DNA of 64,000 nt, from NCBI GenBank assembly GCA_039189765.1, contig JBCCYL010000031.1, forward strand, positions 1 through 64,000. The letters run 5' to 3'. Both the position numbers and the translations under genes were made by a program. Source of the DNA: Cyanobacteria bacterium P01_F01_bin.150. Its GTDB lineage: Bacteria > Cyanobacteriota > Cyanobacteriia > CAKZMO01. Position 1 is the first letter of the stretch. Each line of letters starts with the position of its first letter. Below are positions 1-7,930 of this stretch, in pieces. The notes under the pieces were generated by a model that was not told the origin of the DNA, ran no database searches, and worked only from the letters and a program-made list of their open reading frames with translations.

Positions 1-139
1 ACGCTCTAAACTCAATTAATTCCCGTTGACTATTGATGATTGGCATACTGATATAGGGGTATGTAAGTCATTTCGCATCATCCCCCTTTCTTTCTCTCAA
101 TGCACCACCTTGCCATCACCATTTTGTCCAAAGTCCAAA

Positions 140-3100
140 ATGGATTGGAATGAGTTTTTAGAAGATATGAGCGATCGCCTCCGCCTGACCCCAGAGCAGC
201 GGGAGGTCTTTGTGGCGCGGTTAGCGGATGAGAACTTGGGCAAAAGTGAGGCTAAGGTTGCAGCAGAACTCAATATTGGTGCAGCTACTCTCAAAAAGCA
301 CATGAATACCATTTATACCCTTGCGGGGAATAAGTTTTCCTCGGTGGCAGATGTCAAAGGACGAGGAAAGCTGAAAGAGCTGAGGGCATGTTTGAAAGCT
401 GCCTGGAAAGAGGAGCAAGAGGCTTTATTGACATCTGATAAAAACCAGTTAGAAAAGCCGGACAAGCAAGAAGTCTCTGCCACCGACTGGCAGAAAGTCT
501 GTCGGGACATGCTGGTCGAGCGTGAGCAACTCACCAGTAACCGTCTGATGATGTCGCCAGATATGCACAAAACCCTGGATATCTTTGTTGATTTAGCATT
601 GGTGCAGCAAAACAAGGCAGATAAACGGGATGGCGATGTGCTGCCAGAGCATGGTTCCCAGCTTTATGAACCGTCTCGCTACTCTGAATCGGAACGATTT
701 GAATTTCAACGGTTTCTCAAAGATGTGCTGAGTGTTCAGAAAAATGAAAAGCTGACGATTGTTGGGGAACCGGGCTGTGGCAAAACAACGCTTTTACAGA
801 AAATCGCCTTTTGGCTGCTGGACAATACCAAAGATTTAGTGATTTGGGTGTCGTTAGCCGAGCTGAAGGATAAGCCACTCCGAGATTATTTAACGGAGGA
901 TTGGCTACAGGATGCATTTGTCAAAACTGACTCAGCAACGCTGGATGATTGGGAACAGCAATTCCTCAATCGTAGAGTTTGGCTTTTACTCGATGGTTTA
1001 GATGAAATGACTCCAGAAACCCGCGATGCCCTCTCACTCAAGGGATGGGTCTCTCAGGCAAGGGTGGTAGTCACATGTCGGATTAATGTTTGGCAGACAA
1101 ATCCACGGTTGATTAATGGGTTTGCCACTTATCGTATGCTGGAGTTTCGATTAGGGCAAATTAAGGAATTTATCCAAAAGTGGTTCTCTCAGGATGAGGC
1201 GATCGGGCAAAATCTTCAACGCGCATTAAATCAACCAGGAAAAGAACGTATTCGGGATCTCGTTAGAAATCCACTCCGATTGACTTTACTGTGTTCCAAC
1301 TGGCACCTCCGCGAGGGAAAACTGCCAGATACACGGGCAGAGCTTTATAAACAGTTTGTAGATGATTTATACGACTGGAAGCAGGAGACGTTCCCCACAT
1401 CAGCTCAACAGCGGGAGAAACTCAATGAAAAACTAGGAGAACTAGCGAAAGAGGCTATCGATAAGGAGGTTACACGATTTCGACTCCGACACGACTTGGT
1501 CTGCAATATTCTTGGTGAGACCAGTGCCCCTGATTCGATGCTGCCCTTGGCTCTCAATTTAGGCTGGATTAATGCCATTGGGGTCGATCCGAAAAACCCC
1601 AGAAAACCTGTCTACGCCTTCTTTCATGCAACATTTCAAGAATACTTTGCGGCAAGAAGTATTGAAGATTGGGACTTCTTTATTCCATCCAATCATGAAA
1701 ATAAGCCTATTGAAAATCCTGATAATCCAAGAAGGTCAAAACCTTATCGGATCTTTGAACCGCAATGGAGAGAAGTAATATTGTTATGGCTTGGTAGAGC
1801 GGACATTCAATATGAAGACAAATCAGACTTCTTAAATCTGTTAAGGACCTTCAGGGATGGGTGTGGAAGCTTCTATGATTATCGATCATTATTCTTGACC
1901 GCATTAGGAATTTTTGAATTTCCCGTTTACTTTAAAATTACAGATGTTATTAAAGAGATAATTTCTTATGGATTTGGAGAATTTAATGACGGAAATAAAA
2001 AATGGAATACTTATTTTGAACCTATTAAAAAGCGAGCAAGGACAGTTATCTTAAATTTAAGTAACTCAATAATGATAGATAGTCTCATCAATTTATGCCA
2101 AGAGTGCGAAGACAGCTTTATTCACTATGAAGTAGCCGATTTAGTAGGGCGAATGGATTTTGATAATCCCAGATCAGAGATTATTTTGAAGCAGATTTTG
2201 GAAGATTGCCAGGAGGATTGGTTAAAGACAGCCATATCAAAAAGCCTAGCCCAAAACTACTCTAATGTATACAGTAAAGCTATCAAAACCTTAATTTGTC
2301 TTACAAAATATAGTTCAGAAAGGTGGATAAGACGTGATGCAGCTTGGTCTCTTATTCAGCATACTTCTCGTCAAGAAGAAGGTATTAGTTCATTAATAGA
2401 TCTTTTCTGCAATGCTAATAATGAATCTGAAATTTCCGATCTTGGTTTAAATAAGCTGGGACTAGATAGTCCAAAACTATTGAGAACATTATTTAGAATG
2501 AGCTTCTCTGGGAAAAACCAATATATTCGAGCAAGAAGTATAGAGTGCCTAGCTGAAATAATTGTTCAGAGTGAAGGAGCACTTGACAAAATATTCAAGC
2601 TCTTGAAAGTATTGAAAATTGTTAAATTTGTTACTCCAAATAATATTAGAGGATCTGAAGTTTTATACTCTATTTCTAAATGGAATGATGAGTCTCGCTA
2701 TCTAAAAAGTGAAAAAGAACGAAGACAAGCATTCTTCAAAATTGTTGAATTTTCTATTAATCAGCCTGATCTGACTATCCTAATCGCTAAATTAGGAACA
2801 TCAGAAGGTGGAGAAACACGCAAGAAGCTAGCTACAGATCTGTTTAGGGAAATAGACGTTGATTTTTCTTTGGTTATCCCAATATGGGAAAAATTAGTGA
2901 AAGACTTAAAAGATAGGAGGCTTCGTTGTTTTCTTGCATTGAAAATGGCAGATGCTGGTTTTGAAGATGAAAGGATTAAACCTGTTTTATCTCAGCTTTT
3001 AAACGAAACTGATGTTACTGATGAAAATGTGCATCGTTGGATTGCAGGAGGTCTAATAGAATATGACCCAACAAGTACTCAAGCTATTAATGTCTTCTTT

Positions 3101-3451
3101 GACTTACTTCAGCGTAGTAAGAGCTATGATACATGCCGATGGGTCTCAGAGGACTTGGGAGAAGCTTGTAATGATAATGATTGGGTGATTGAACCAATGC
3201 TTGATTTATTGGAGAAAACTACTGAGGAAAGAATAATATATGGGATTACTTTAGGGTTAACAAACGTATTTGAGCCAAATATCTTAAAAATAGTTGTTAC
3301 CAGATTAAAAAAATATCTTACAGATGCCTATCGGGAGAAAAATTTTCCCTTATATAAAGGATCTTTTGAGGCACTTTGGCACTGTGCATCCAGATTGTCG
3401 TATGCAGAGTTTTATGATGCGTGGCATTCTGAGCCGGATATATCAGCTTGA
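140..3451 (+). CDS. NACHT (STAND) NTPase with N-terminal HTH-like domain and C-terminal HEAT-like repeats
   Basis: Walker A GEPGCGKT, Walker B LLLDGLDE, NPLRLTLLC, YAFFHATFQEYFAA; N-terminal ...SEAKVAAELNIGAATLKKH; ATG at 140 preferred to the ORF-track start at 26. Confidence 0.88.
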   Translation: MDWNEFLEDMSDRLRLTPEQREVFVARLADENLGKSEAKVAAELNIGAATLKKHMNTIYTLAGNKFSSVADVKGRGKLKELRACLKAAWKEEQEALLTSDKNQLEKPDKQEVSATDWQKVCRDMLVEREQLTSNRLMMSPDMHKTLDIFVDLALVQQNKADKRDGDVLPEHGSQLYEPSRYSESERFEFQRFLKDVLSVQKNEKLTIVGEPGCGKTTLLQKIAFWLLDNTKDLVIWVSLAELKDKPLRDYLTEDWLQDAFVKTDSATLDDWEQQFLNRRVWLLLDGLDEMTPETRDALSLKGWVSQARVVVTCRINVWQTNPRLINGFATYRMLEFRLGQIKEFIQKWFSQDEAIGQNLQRALNQPGKERIRDLVRNPLRLTLLCSNWHLREGKLPDTRAELYKQFVDDLYDWKQETFPTSAQQREKLNEKLGELAKEAIDKEVTRFRLRHDLVCNILGETSAPDSMLPLALNLGWINAIGVDPKNPRKPVYAFFHATFQEYFAARSIEDWDFFIPSNHENKPIENPDNPRRSKPYRIFEPQWREVILLWLGRADIQYEDKSDFLNLLRTFRDGCGSFYDYRSLFLTALGIFEFPVYFKITDVIKEIISYGFGEFNDGNKKWNTYFEPIKKRARTVILNLSNSIMIDSLINLCQECEDSFIHYEVADLVGRMDFDNPRSEIILKQILEDCQEDWLKTAISKSLAQNYSNVYSKAIKTLICLTKYSSERWIRRDAAWSLIQHTSRQEEGISSLIDLFCNANNESEISDLGLNKLGLDSPKLLRTLFRMSFSGKNQYIRARSIECLAEIIVQSEGALDKIFKLLKVLKIVKFVTPNNIRGSEVLYSISKWNDESRYLKSEKERRQAFFKIVEFSINQPDLTILIAKLGTSEGGETRKKLATDLFREIDVDFSLVIPIWEKLVKDLKDRRLRCFLALKMADAGFEDERIKPVLSQLLNETDVTDENVHRWIAGGLIEYDPTSTQAINVFFDLLQRSKSYDTCRWVSEDLGEACNDNDWVIEPMLDLLEKTTEERIIYGITLGLTNVFEPNILKIVVTRLKKYLTDAYREKNFPLYKGSFEALWHCASRLSYAEFYDAWHSEPDISA

Positions 3452-3468
3452 TATGAGCGATCGTACCA

Positions 3469-3564
3469 TTTTGGATTTTAGATTTTGGATTTTTGGAAAA
3501 GTACGTTGGCTTTACTTCCCTATTCGGAAATCGCCATCGGCGCAGACCAGAGAGACGCGATCGC
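3469..3564 (+). repeat. ~96-bp imperfect direct repeat, copy 1 (ATTTTGG/ATTTTAG heptamers ... HIP1)
   Basis: Aligns by eye with 4238-4333: TTTTGGATTTTAGATTTTGGATTTT...GGAAATCGCCATCGG.GCAGA...GAGAGACGCGATCGC. Confidence 0.85.
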
Positions 3565-3609
3565 TCTGTTTTGGCAGGATTGGCAGGAGGCGATCGCCCC
3601 CTTCCCCTA

Positions 3610-4173
3610 CTAATCCGTCAACCACCCAAATATCTCGCCCACCGTTAACTGGACCCTTTCGGCAAACGCTGGCACAGGCAGCATCACATCAGCCTTCTCA
3701 AATATCTTGACGGACTGATCCGCATCGTACACAAATACGCAAGACTCCTCTGGGTCTAACAGCCATCCCATCTCTGCACCATGATCAAGGCAATGAAGAA
3801 TATTGCGAATAACCTTAGTTTGACTCTGACCGGGGGATAGGATTTCGATAGTCCAATTAGGCGGAAGCGTAAACACATTTTCAACTCGACCATCCGCTCG
3901 GCGGGGAATTCGGCCCCATGGAAATACAGCCACATCTGGAACGATAGAACGTTCACCAAAGGTACAGCGTAATTCGGGATAGGCTCTAGCAATTTTTGTT
4001 GGTTTTAGCGTGGCATTGATGGTACTCACTAAATCACCCTGTAGTGTGCTGTGTTCCCCCTGTGGCATAGGTTTCTGGGTAATTTTTCCATCAATGTACT
4101 CGCTAGCGGGTTTGGTTTCAGGTAACTTAAGAAACTCATTCAGCGTCAGCGTTTTTGTTAGTGCCTGTACCAT
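3610..4173 (-). CDS. Uma2 family (PD-(D/E)XK) endonuclease
   Basis: LTLNEFLKLPETKPASEYIDG, SIVPDVAV, PNWTIEILSP motifs. Confidence 0.92.
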   Translation of the reverse strand: MVQALTKTLTLNEFLKLPETKPASEYIDGKITQKPMPQGEHSTLQGDLVSTINATLKPTKIARAYPELRCTFGERSIVPDVAVFPWGRIPRRADGRVENVFTLPPNWTIEILSPGQSQTKVIRNILHCLDHGAEMGWLLDPEESCVFVYDADQSVKIFEKADVMLPVPAFAERVQLTVGEIFGWLTD

Positions 4174-4237
4174 TCCTAACCCTCGCGTCTGAGTCTCTGT
4201 ATTATAGGCGATTACCCCATGTATCCACCGCTTTGGA

Positions 4238-4333
4238 TTTTGGATTTTAGATTTTGGATTTTGGGAAGGGCGCGTTGGATTTGTCTTCCCATTGGGAAAT
4301 CGCCATCGGTGCAGATCGGAGAGACGCGATCGC
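4238..4333 (+). repeat. ~96-bp imperfect direct repeat, copy 2
   Basis: Matches 3469-3564; both copies end in HIP1 and are followed by a second HIP1 within about 50 bp. Confidence 0.85.
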
Positions 4334-4431
4334 TTTTAGTTTTTGGAAGGGGGCGGCGCTGAATGATGAAATGCGATCGCCTTTCACCCCAAAGACAGAG
4401 AAGTTACGGAGAGAAAATGTTTACCACAGGC

Positions 4432-4543
4432 TCAATCATTCAGACGACTTTTGACATCCATCCGTTCATGCAGAATACGAATAATCTCGATACAGTCATC
4501 AACCATGCGATAAAAAATCAAATGCCGCTTCCCTATACGCCAT
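4432..4543 (-). pseudogene. ParE/RelE-type toxin remnant with internal deletion
   Basis: Manual translation: MAYR start overlapping the antitoxin stop, then in another frame RHLIFYRMVDDCIEIIRILHERMDVKSRLND*, a typical ParE C-terminus. Confidence 0.75.
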
Positions 4544-4855
4544 CAGTCTTGGCAACAGCCGCTTGTGCTGCGGCAATGATCTCATCAAAACTGCGCTGAC
4601 TAAATTGCCCTCGATCTGCTTGTTCGGCTCCGATATCCACCACTTCCTTTAATGCCTGAAACTTCAGCCGTTGAATCTCTTCCTCTAAGAACTGAAGCCG
4701 TTTCTGGAGTGCCTCAAATTCCCGTGCACCACTACAGAGGCTTCCCCATTTACCGTCAGCAATAGTGGAGACTTTGTTGTCTGTACTTGTTCCACATACT
4801 GCTTCGCGTTGTGACGAAAGTCTGTCAGAGAACGAATATTATCAACGGGTACCAT
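4533..4855 (-). pseudogene. Phd/YefM-type antitoxin, frameshifted near 4728
   Basis: Manual translation MVPVDNIRSLTDFRHNAKQYVEQVQTTKSPLLLTVNGEASVVV / AREFEALQKRLQFLEEEIQRLKFQALKEVVDIGAEQADRGQFS...; the 323-nt span is not a multiple of 3. Confidence 0.78.
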
Positions 4856-5031
4856 AATGAGCGCCTTTAACGATAGGCATGACTGAATTAAGACCTAATT
4901 CAATCATATCGAATTTTTCTATGGGGTTCAAATCTACTCTAAAGACACAGAGCCTACGCAGAGGGCGAGGGCGTTAGTACAATGGGGAAGGGGCGATCGC
5001 CATCATCCCAGCTAATTCAACAAAACCAACA

Positions 5032-5346
5032 CTAAGCGATCGCAAAATCTGAATATTCCCGCATGGATGGATGATGAAATCCCACCACAATCTCATCTTT
5101 GGCAATGCCCATCTTTGCCAGCTCTAAGTCCACCTCAATATCGGTATTATTGGCCTGCAACCAGATTTTTCCAGCCTTAATATCAAAATGGAAAATACAG
5201 TGATGCATCCGTCGCTCACCATCCCATCCCGTGCGAAATAACATGTAACGAGCATTGACAGGTTGCGCCTTGATGCAGCCAAGAGCAATAAGTTCGACAA
5301 AGGTGGGGCGATCGGCTCTCCAGTATAGCGTTAAGAAGTCTTGCAC
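5032..5346 (-). pseudogene. xisI: XisI-family protein, probably N-terminally truncated or chimeric
   Basis: C-terminal GW...HCIFHFDIKAGKIWLQANNTD...ELAKMGIAKDEIVVGFHHP..R matches XisI; the first ~32 aa do not look XisI-like; no xisH upstream. Confidence 0.7.
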
Positions 5347-5352
5347 CTGATG

Positions 5353-5820
5353 TCAACAGGTCTCTCCGCTTTGAATATATCTCAGTACCCGTGATGGTAA
5401 GACACCTGAACCTTGCATCGCGTCTGGATACGGTTCCAATCCAGTTTTGGGGATCAATCGTTGGTAGCGTCGAATAATTGGAATCATACGGTCACCGCGC
5501 TGCGCAGCCTCGCATGACAGGACTGAACCAGAGTACTCCCCCGTATATAAGAACAGCAAATAGGCGATCGCCTCATCCCCAGCAGATGTCTTGTCGTTGA
5601 GGATGGTATTGAGTCGCTTTAGTCGTTCTTCCGTACGACGTGTTGCAAATAAGCGTCGTTCTTCTGGTGTATCAAAGTCGTCAATTACCTCATTTTTATG
5701 GGTGTCTTTAAGCGCCGAAAGATAAGGACTAAGTAATTCGACACTATTCTCGTTTAACTTAGTTGTGCAGCCAGATATCAATACTACGCATATGAAGATA
5801 AAACTTAGGGAATATTTCAT
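5353..5820 (-). CDS. hypothetical lipoprotein
   Basis: MKY + hydrophobic stretch + LISGC lipobox. Confidence 0.65.
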   Translation of the reverse strand: MKYSLSFIFICVVLISGCTTKLNENSVELLSPYLSALKDTHKNEVIDDFDTPEERRLFATRRTEERLKRLNTILNDKTSAGDEAIAYLLFLYTGEYSGSVLSCEAAQRGDRMIPIIRRYQRLIPKTGLEPYPDAMQGSGVLPSRVLRYIQSGETC

Positions 5821-6098
5821 TAGCCATCAAAGGGAGGAGGATGTTTGGAAGAACTCTTGATATCTAAAGGCACCCAACATATTTGGGGCAAAAAACGCAC
5901 GAGTCTCTCCAAATAGACACAAGCTGTTTTTTGCTATGACGTTGTTCATCTTTGAGAGAGGCTACAAGGCGAGTAAAGTCGCTATATTACTCCTTGATGC
6001 AGACAGGCCCTGTACCATCGATAAAAGGCGAGCGCTTCCGTCGATTGGGTCGATTGGAATAGGGTGCAAAACTCAACCCCAAAAGGCGATCGCCCTGG

Positions 6099-6572
6099 CT
6101 AGCTCATATTAACCTCGACCACCCCTTCCACTTCAACCGCCACGTTGTAAGGCAACGCGCTGACGCCTACAGCCAATCGTGTGTGTCGCCCTTTTTCGCC
6201 AAAGATATCTACAAATAGATCTGAAGCTCCATTCATAACCTGCGACTGCCCATAAAAATCGGCAGTCGAGTTTATGTAGCCAGCCAAGCGAATCGTTTTG
6301 CTGATCCGGTCTAGCTGTCCTTCAAGCGCCGCCTCTAATTGAGAGACCAGATTTAAGGCACAGACTCTTGCCGCCTTCTGCCCCTCTTCAATACTAAACT
6401 CTGCACCGAGTTTTCCCACGAAAAGCCTGTCACCATTCCAGTGACAGAGTTGCCCAGTCAAGAATAATAGATTTCCAGAAAAGTGATATGGGACATAGCT
6501 GCCCCCAGGTTTACTCGGCGCTGGAAGCTCAATCCCTAGCGTCTTAATTCGAGCTGCAATATTGTCTGCCAT
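6099..6572 (-). CDS. RidA/YjgF family protein
   Basis: [43 protein letters not shown] at 6572 preferred. Confidence 0.9.
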   Translation of the reverse strand: MADNIAARIKTLGIELPAPSKPGGSYVPYHFSGNLLFLTGQLCHWNGDRLFVGKLGAEFSIEEGQKAARVCALNLVSQLEAALEGQLDRISKTIRLAGYINSTADFYGQSQVMNGASDLFVDIFGEKGRHTRLAVGVSALPYNVAVEVEGVVEVNMS

Positions 6573-6679
6573 GAACATGCCCTTCAGATCTCTGTTCACC
6601 TAAAAATACTGAACTCATTCATGCTAATCAAGCATGATGCGATCGCCATAAGGATTAACCTGGCACATCAACTTTAGCA

Positions 6680-7918
6680 TTATGATGATTGACTCAAGGC
6701 CCAGCAGTCCTGGGCGATCGCCCAATCCTCCTGCGTCCGCACCACCAGCACACGCACGTTGGAATCTTGCGTAGCAATATCCTGATCCACAGGGGATGCG
6801 TTATTTTTATGCCGGTCGAGCCGTACCTCCAGAAATGCCATCGCATCACAAACCGCTGCCCGAATCGTGGTTGAATGTTCGCCAATGCCAGCGGTAAAGA
6901 CAATGGCATCCAAACCACCCAGGCTCATCAGCATGGAACCAATACAGGACTTAAGCCGATGGAGGTAGAGATTTTGGGCGAGGATAGCGCGGGGGGTGCC
7001 CTTGGCGTTGGATTTCCTGTGTGGAGCACGTATCGCTTCGCCAATCTCCCGCAGGTCATGGGACACCCCTGAAATTCCCTTGAGGCCCGACTCTTTGTTC
7101 AGCATCTGATCAAGCTGATCGGCGGAATAACCCTGACGCATCAGGTGAATCAAAATGCCGGGGTCCACCGCACCGGATCTCGTTCCCATCATTAGGCCAT
7201 CCAGCGGCGTAAACCCCATGGTAGTGTCAACACTGTGGCCATTCTTGACGGCTGTCAGCGACCCGCCATTGCCCAGATGGCAAATAATCAGACGCAGATT
7301 GGCCATATCTTTTCCTAACAGTTGGGCCGCTCGTTGAGTGCAGTACTGGTGGCTAATGCCGTGGAAGCCGTAGCGTTGAATGCCCTGCTCTATCCACTCG
7401 TAAGGGCCGGGATAGGTGGTCGCCACCTCTGGCATTTGGCGATGGAAGGCGGTGTCAAATACCGCCACCTGGGGAATATCCCCCAGCAGGTTTTCCATTA
7501 GCTTAATGCCTTCAAGATTCACCGGATTATGGGATGGGGCGAGGGGGCTTAGGTGGGCGATCGCCTCCTTCACCTCCTCTGTCACCACCACGCTTTCCCG
7601 ATAGGTCTCTCCTCCATGCACCACCCGATGTCCCACCATATCAATATCGGTAGGGGCGTCTAAAATCCTGGCGTCCCCATGCCACAGCGTCTTTAGAACC
7701 TGGAGCAGGATCTCCCGTTTGGACGAAAACTCAACGGTTTGGTTGAGTTTATGACCTTGCCGAGTCTCCACCTTAAACACGGCCTCTTGGCGCTGGGGAT
7801 ACCAATCAATTTGGGCATTCCAGTCGGGGTTTAGAGGCGCGTCGGGAAGCCCTGCCTCAATAGAATACAGACATAACTTATGGCTACTGGAGCCAGCATT
7901 CAGCACGAGGATGTTCAT
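6680..7918 (-). CDS. ackA: acetate kinase
   Basis: ILVLNAGSSS, GHRVVHGG, FDTAFH, YGFHGISH, HLGNG, MGFTPLDGLMMGTRSG, FTAGIGE. Confidence 0.97.
   Translation of the reverse strand: MNILVLNAGSSSHKLCLYSIEAGLPDAPLNPDWNAQIDWYPQRQEAVFKVETRQGHKLNQTVEFSSKREILLQVLKTLWHGDARILDAPTDIDMVGHRVVHGGETYRESVVVTEEVKEAIAHLSPLAPSHNPVNLEGIKLMENLLGDIPQVAVFDTAFHRQMPEVATTYPGPYEWIEQGIQRYGFHGISHQYCTQRAAQLLGKDMANLRLIICHLGNGGSLTAVKNGHSVDTTMGFTPLDGLMMGTRSGAVDPGILIHLMRQGYSADQLDQMLNKESGLKGISGVSHDLREIGEAIRAPHRKSNAKGTPRAILAQNLYLHRLKSCIGSMLMSLGGLDAIVFTAGIGEHSTTIRAAVCDAMAFLEVRLDRHKNNASPVDQDIATQDSNVRVLVVRTQEDWAIAQDCWALSQSS
7008..7031. mobile_element. 24-nt in-frame insertion splitting a HIP1 site (GCG^ATCGC) inside ackA
   Basis: GCG(7005-7007)-TTGGATTTCCTGTGTGGAGCACGT-ATCGC(7032-7036); removing it restores GCGATCGC and the reading EAIAKGTPRA. 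Confidence 0.75.
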
Positions 7919-7930
7919 AAGCTTTTGGGT

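Noticed and set aside
26..139. ORF-track N-terminal extension of the NACHT gene
   Set aside because: TTG start and non-domain-like sequence; ATG at 140 begins the recognisable domain
3324..3710. 128-aa ORF (and 4254-4454) over the direct repeats
   Set aside because: Translations of the heptamer/HIP1 repeat and overlaps with real genes; no coding signature
5032..5346. XisI as evidence of an fdxN-type excision element
   Set aside because: No xisH or recombinase nearby; XisI homologues are commonly scattered and this one looks truncated
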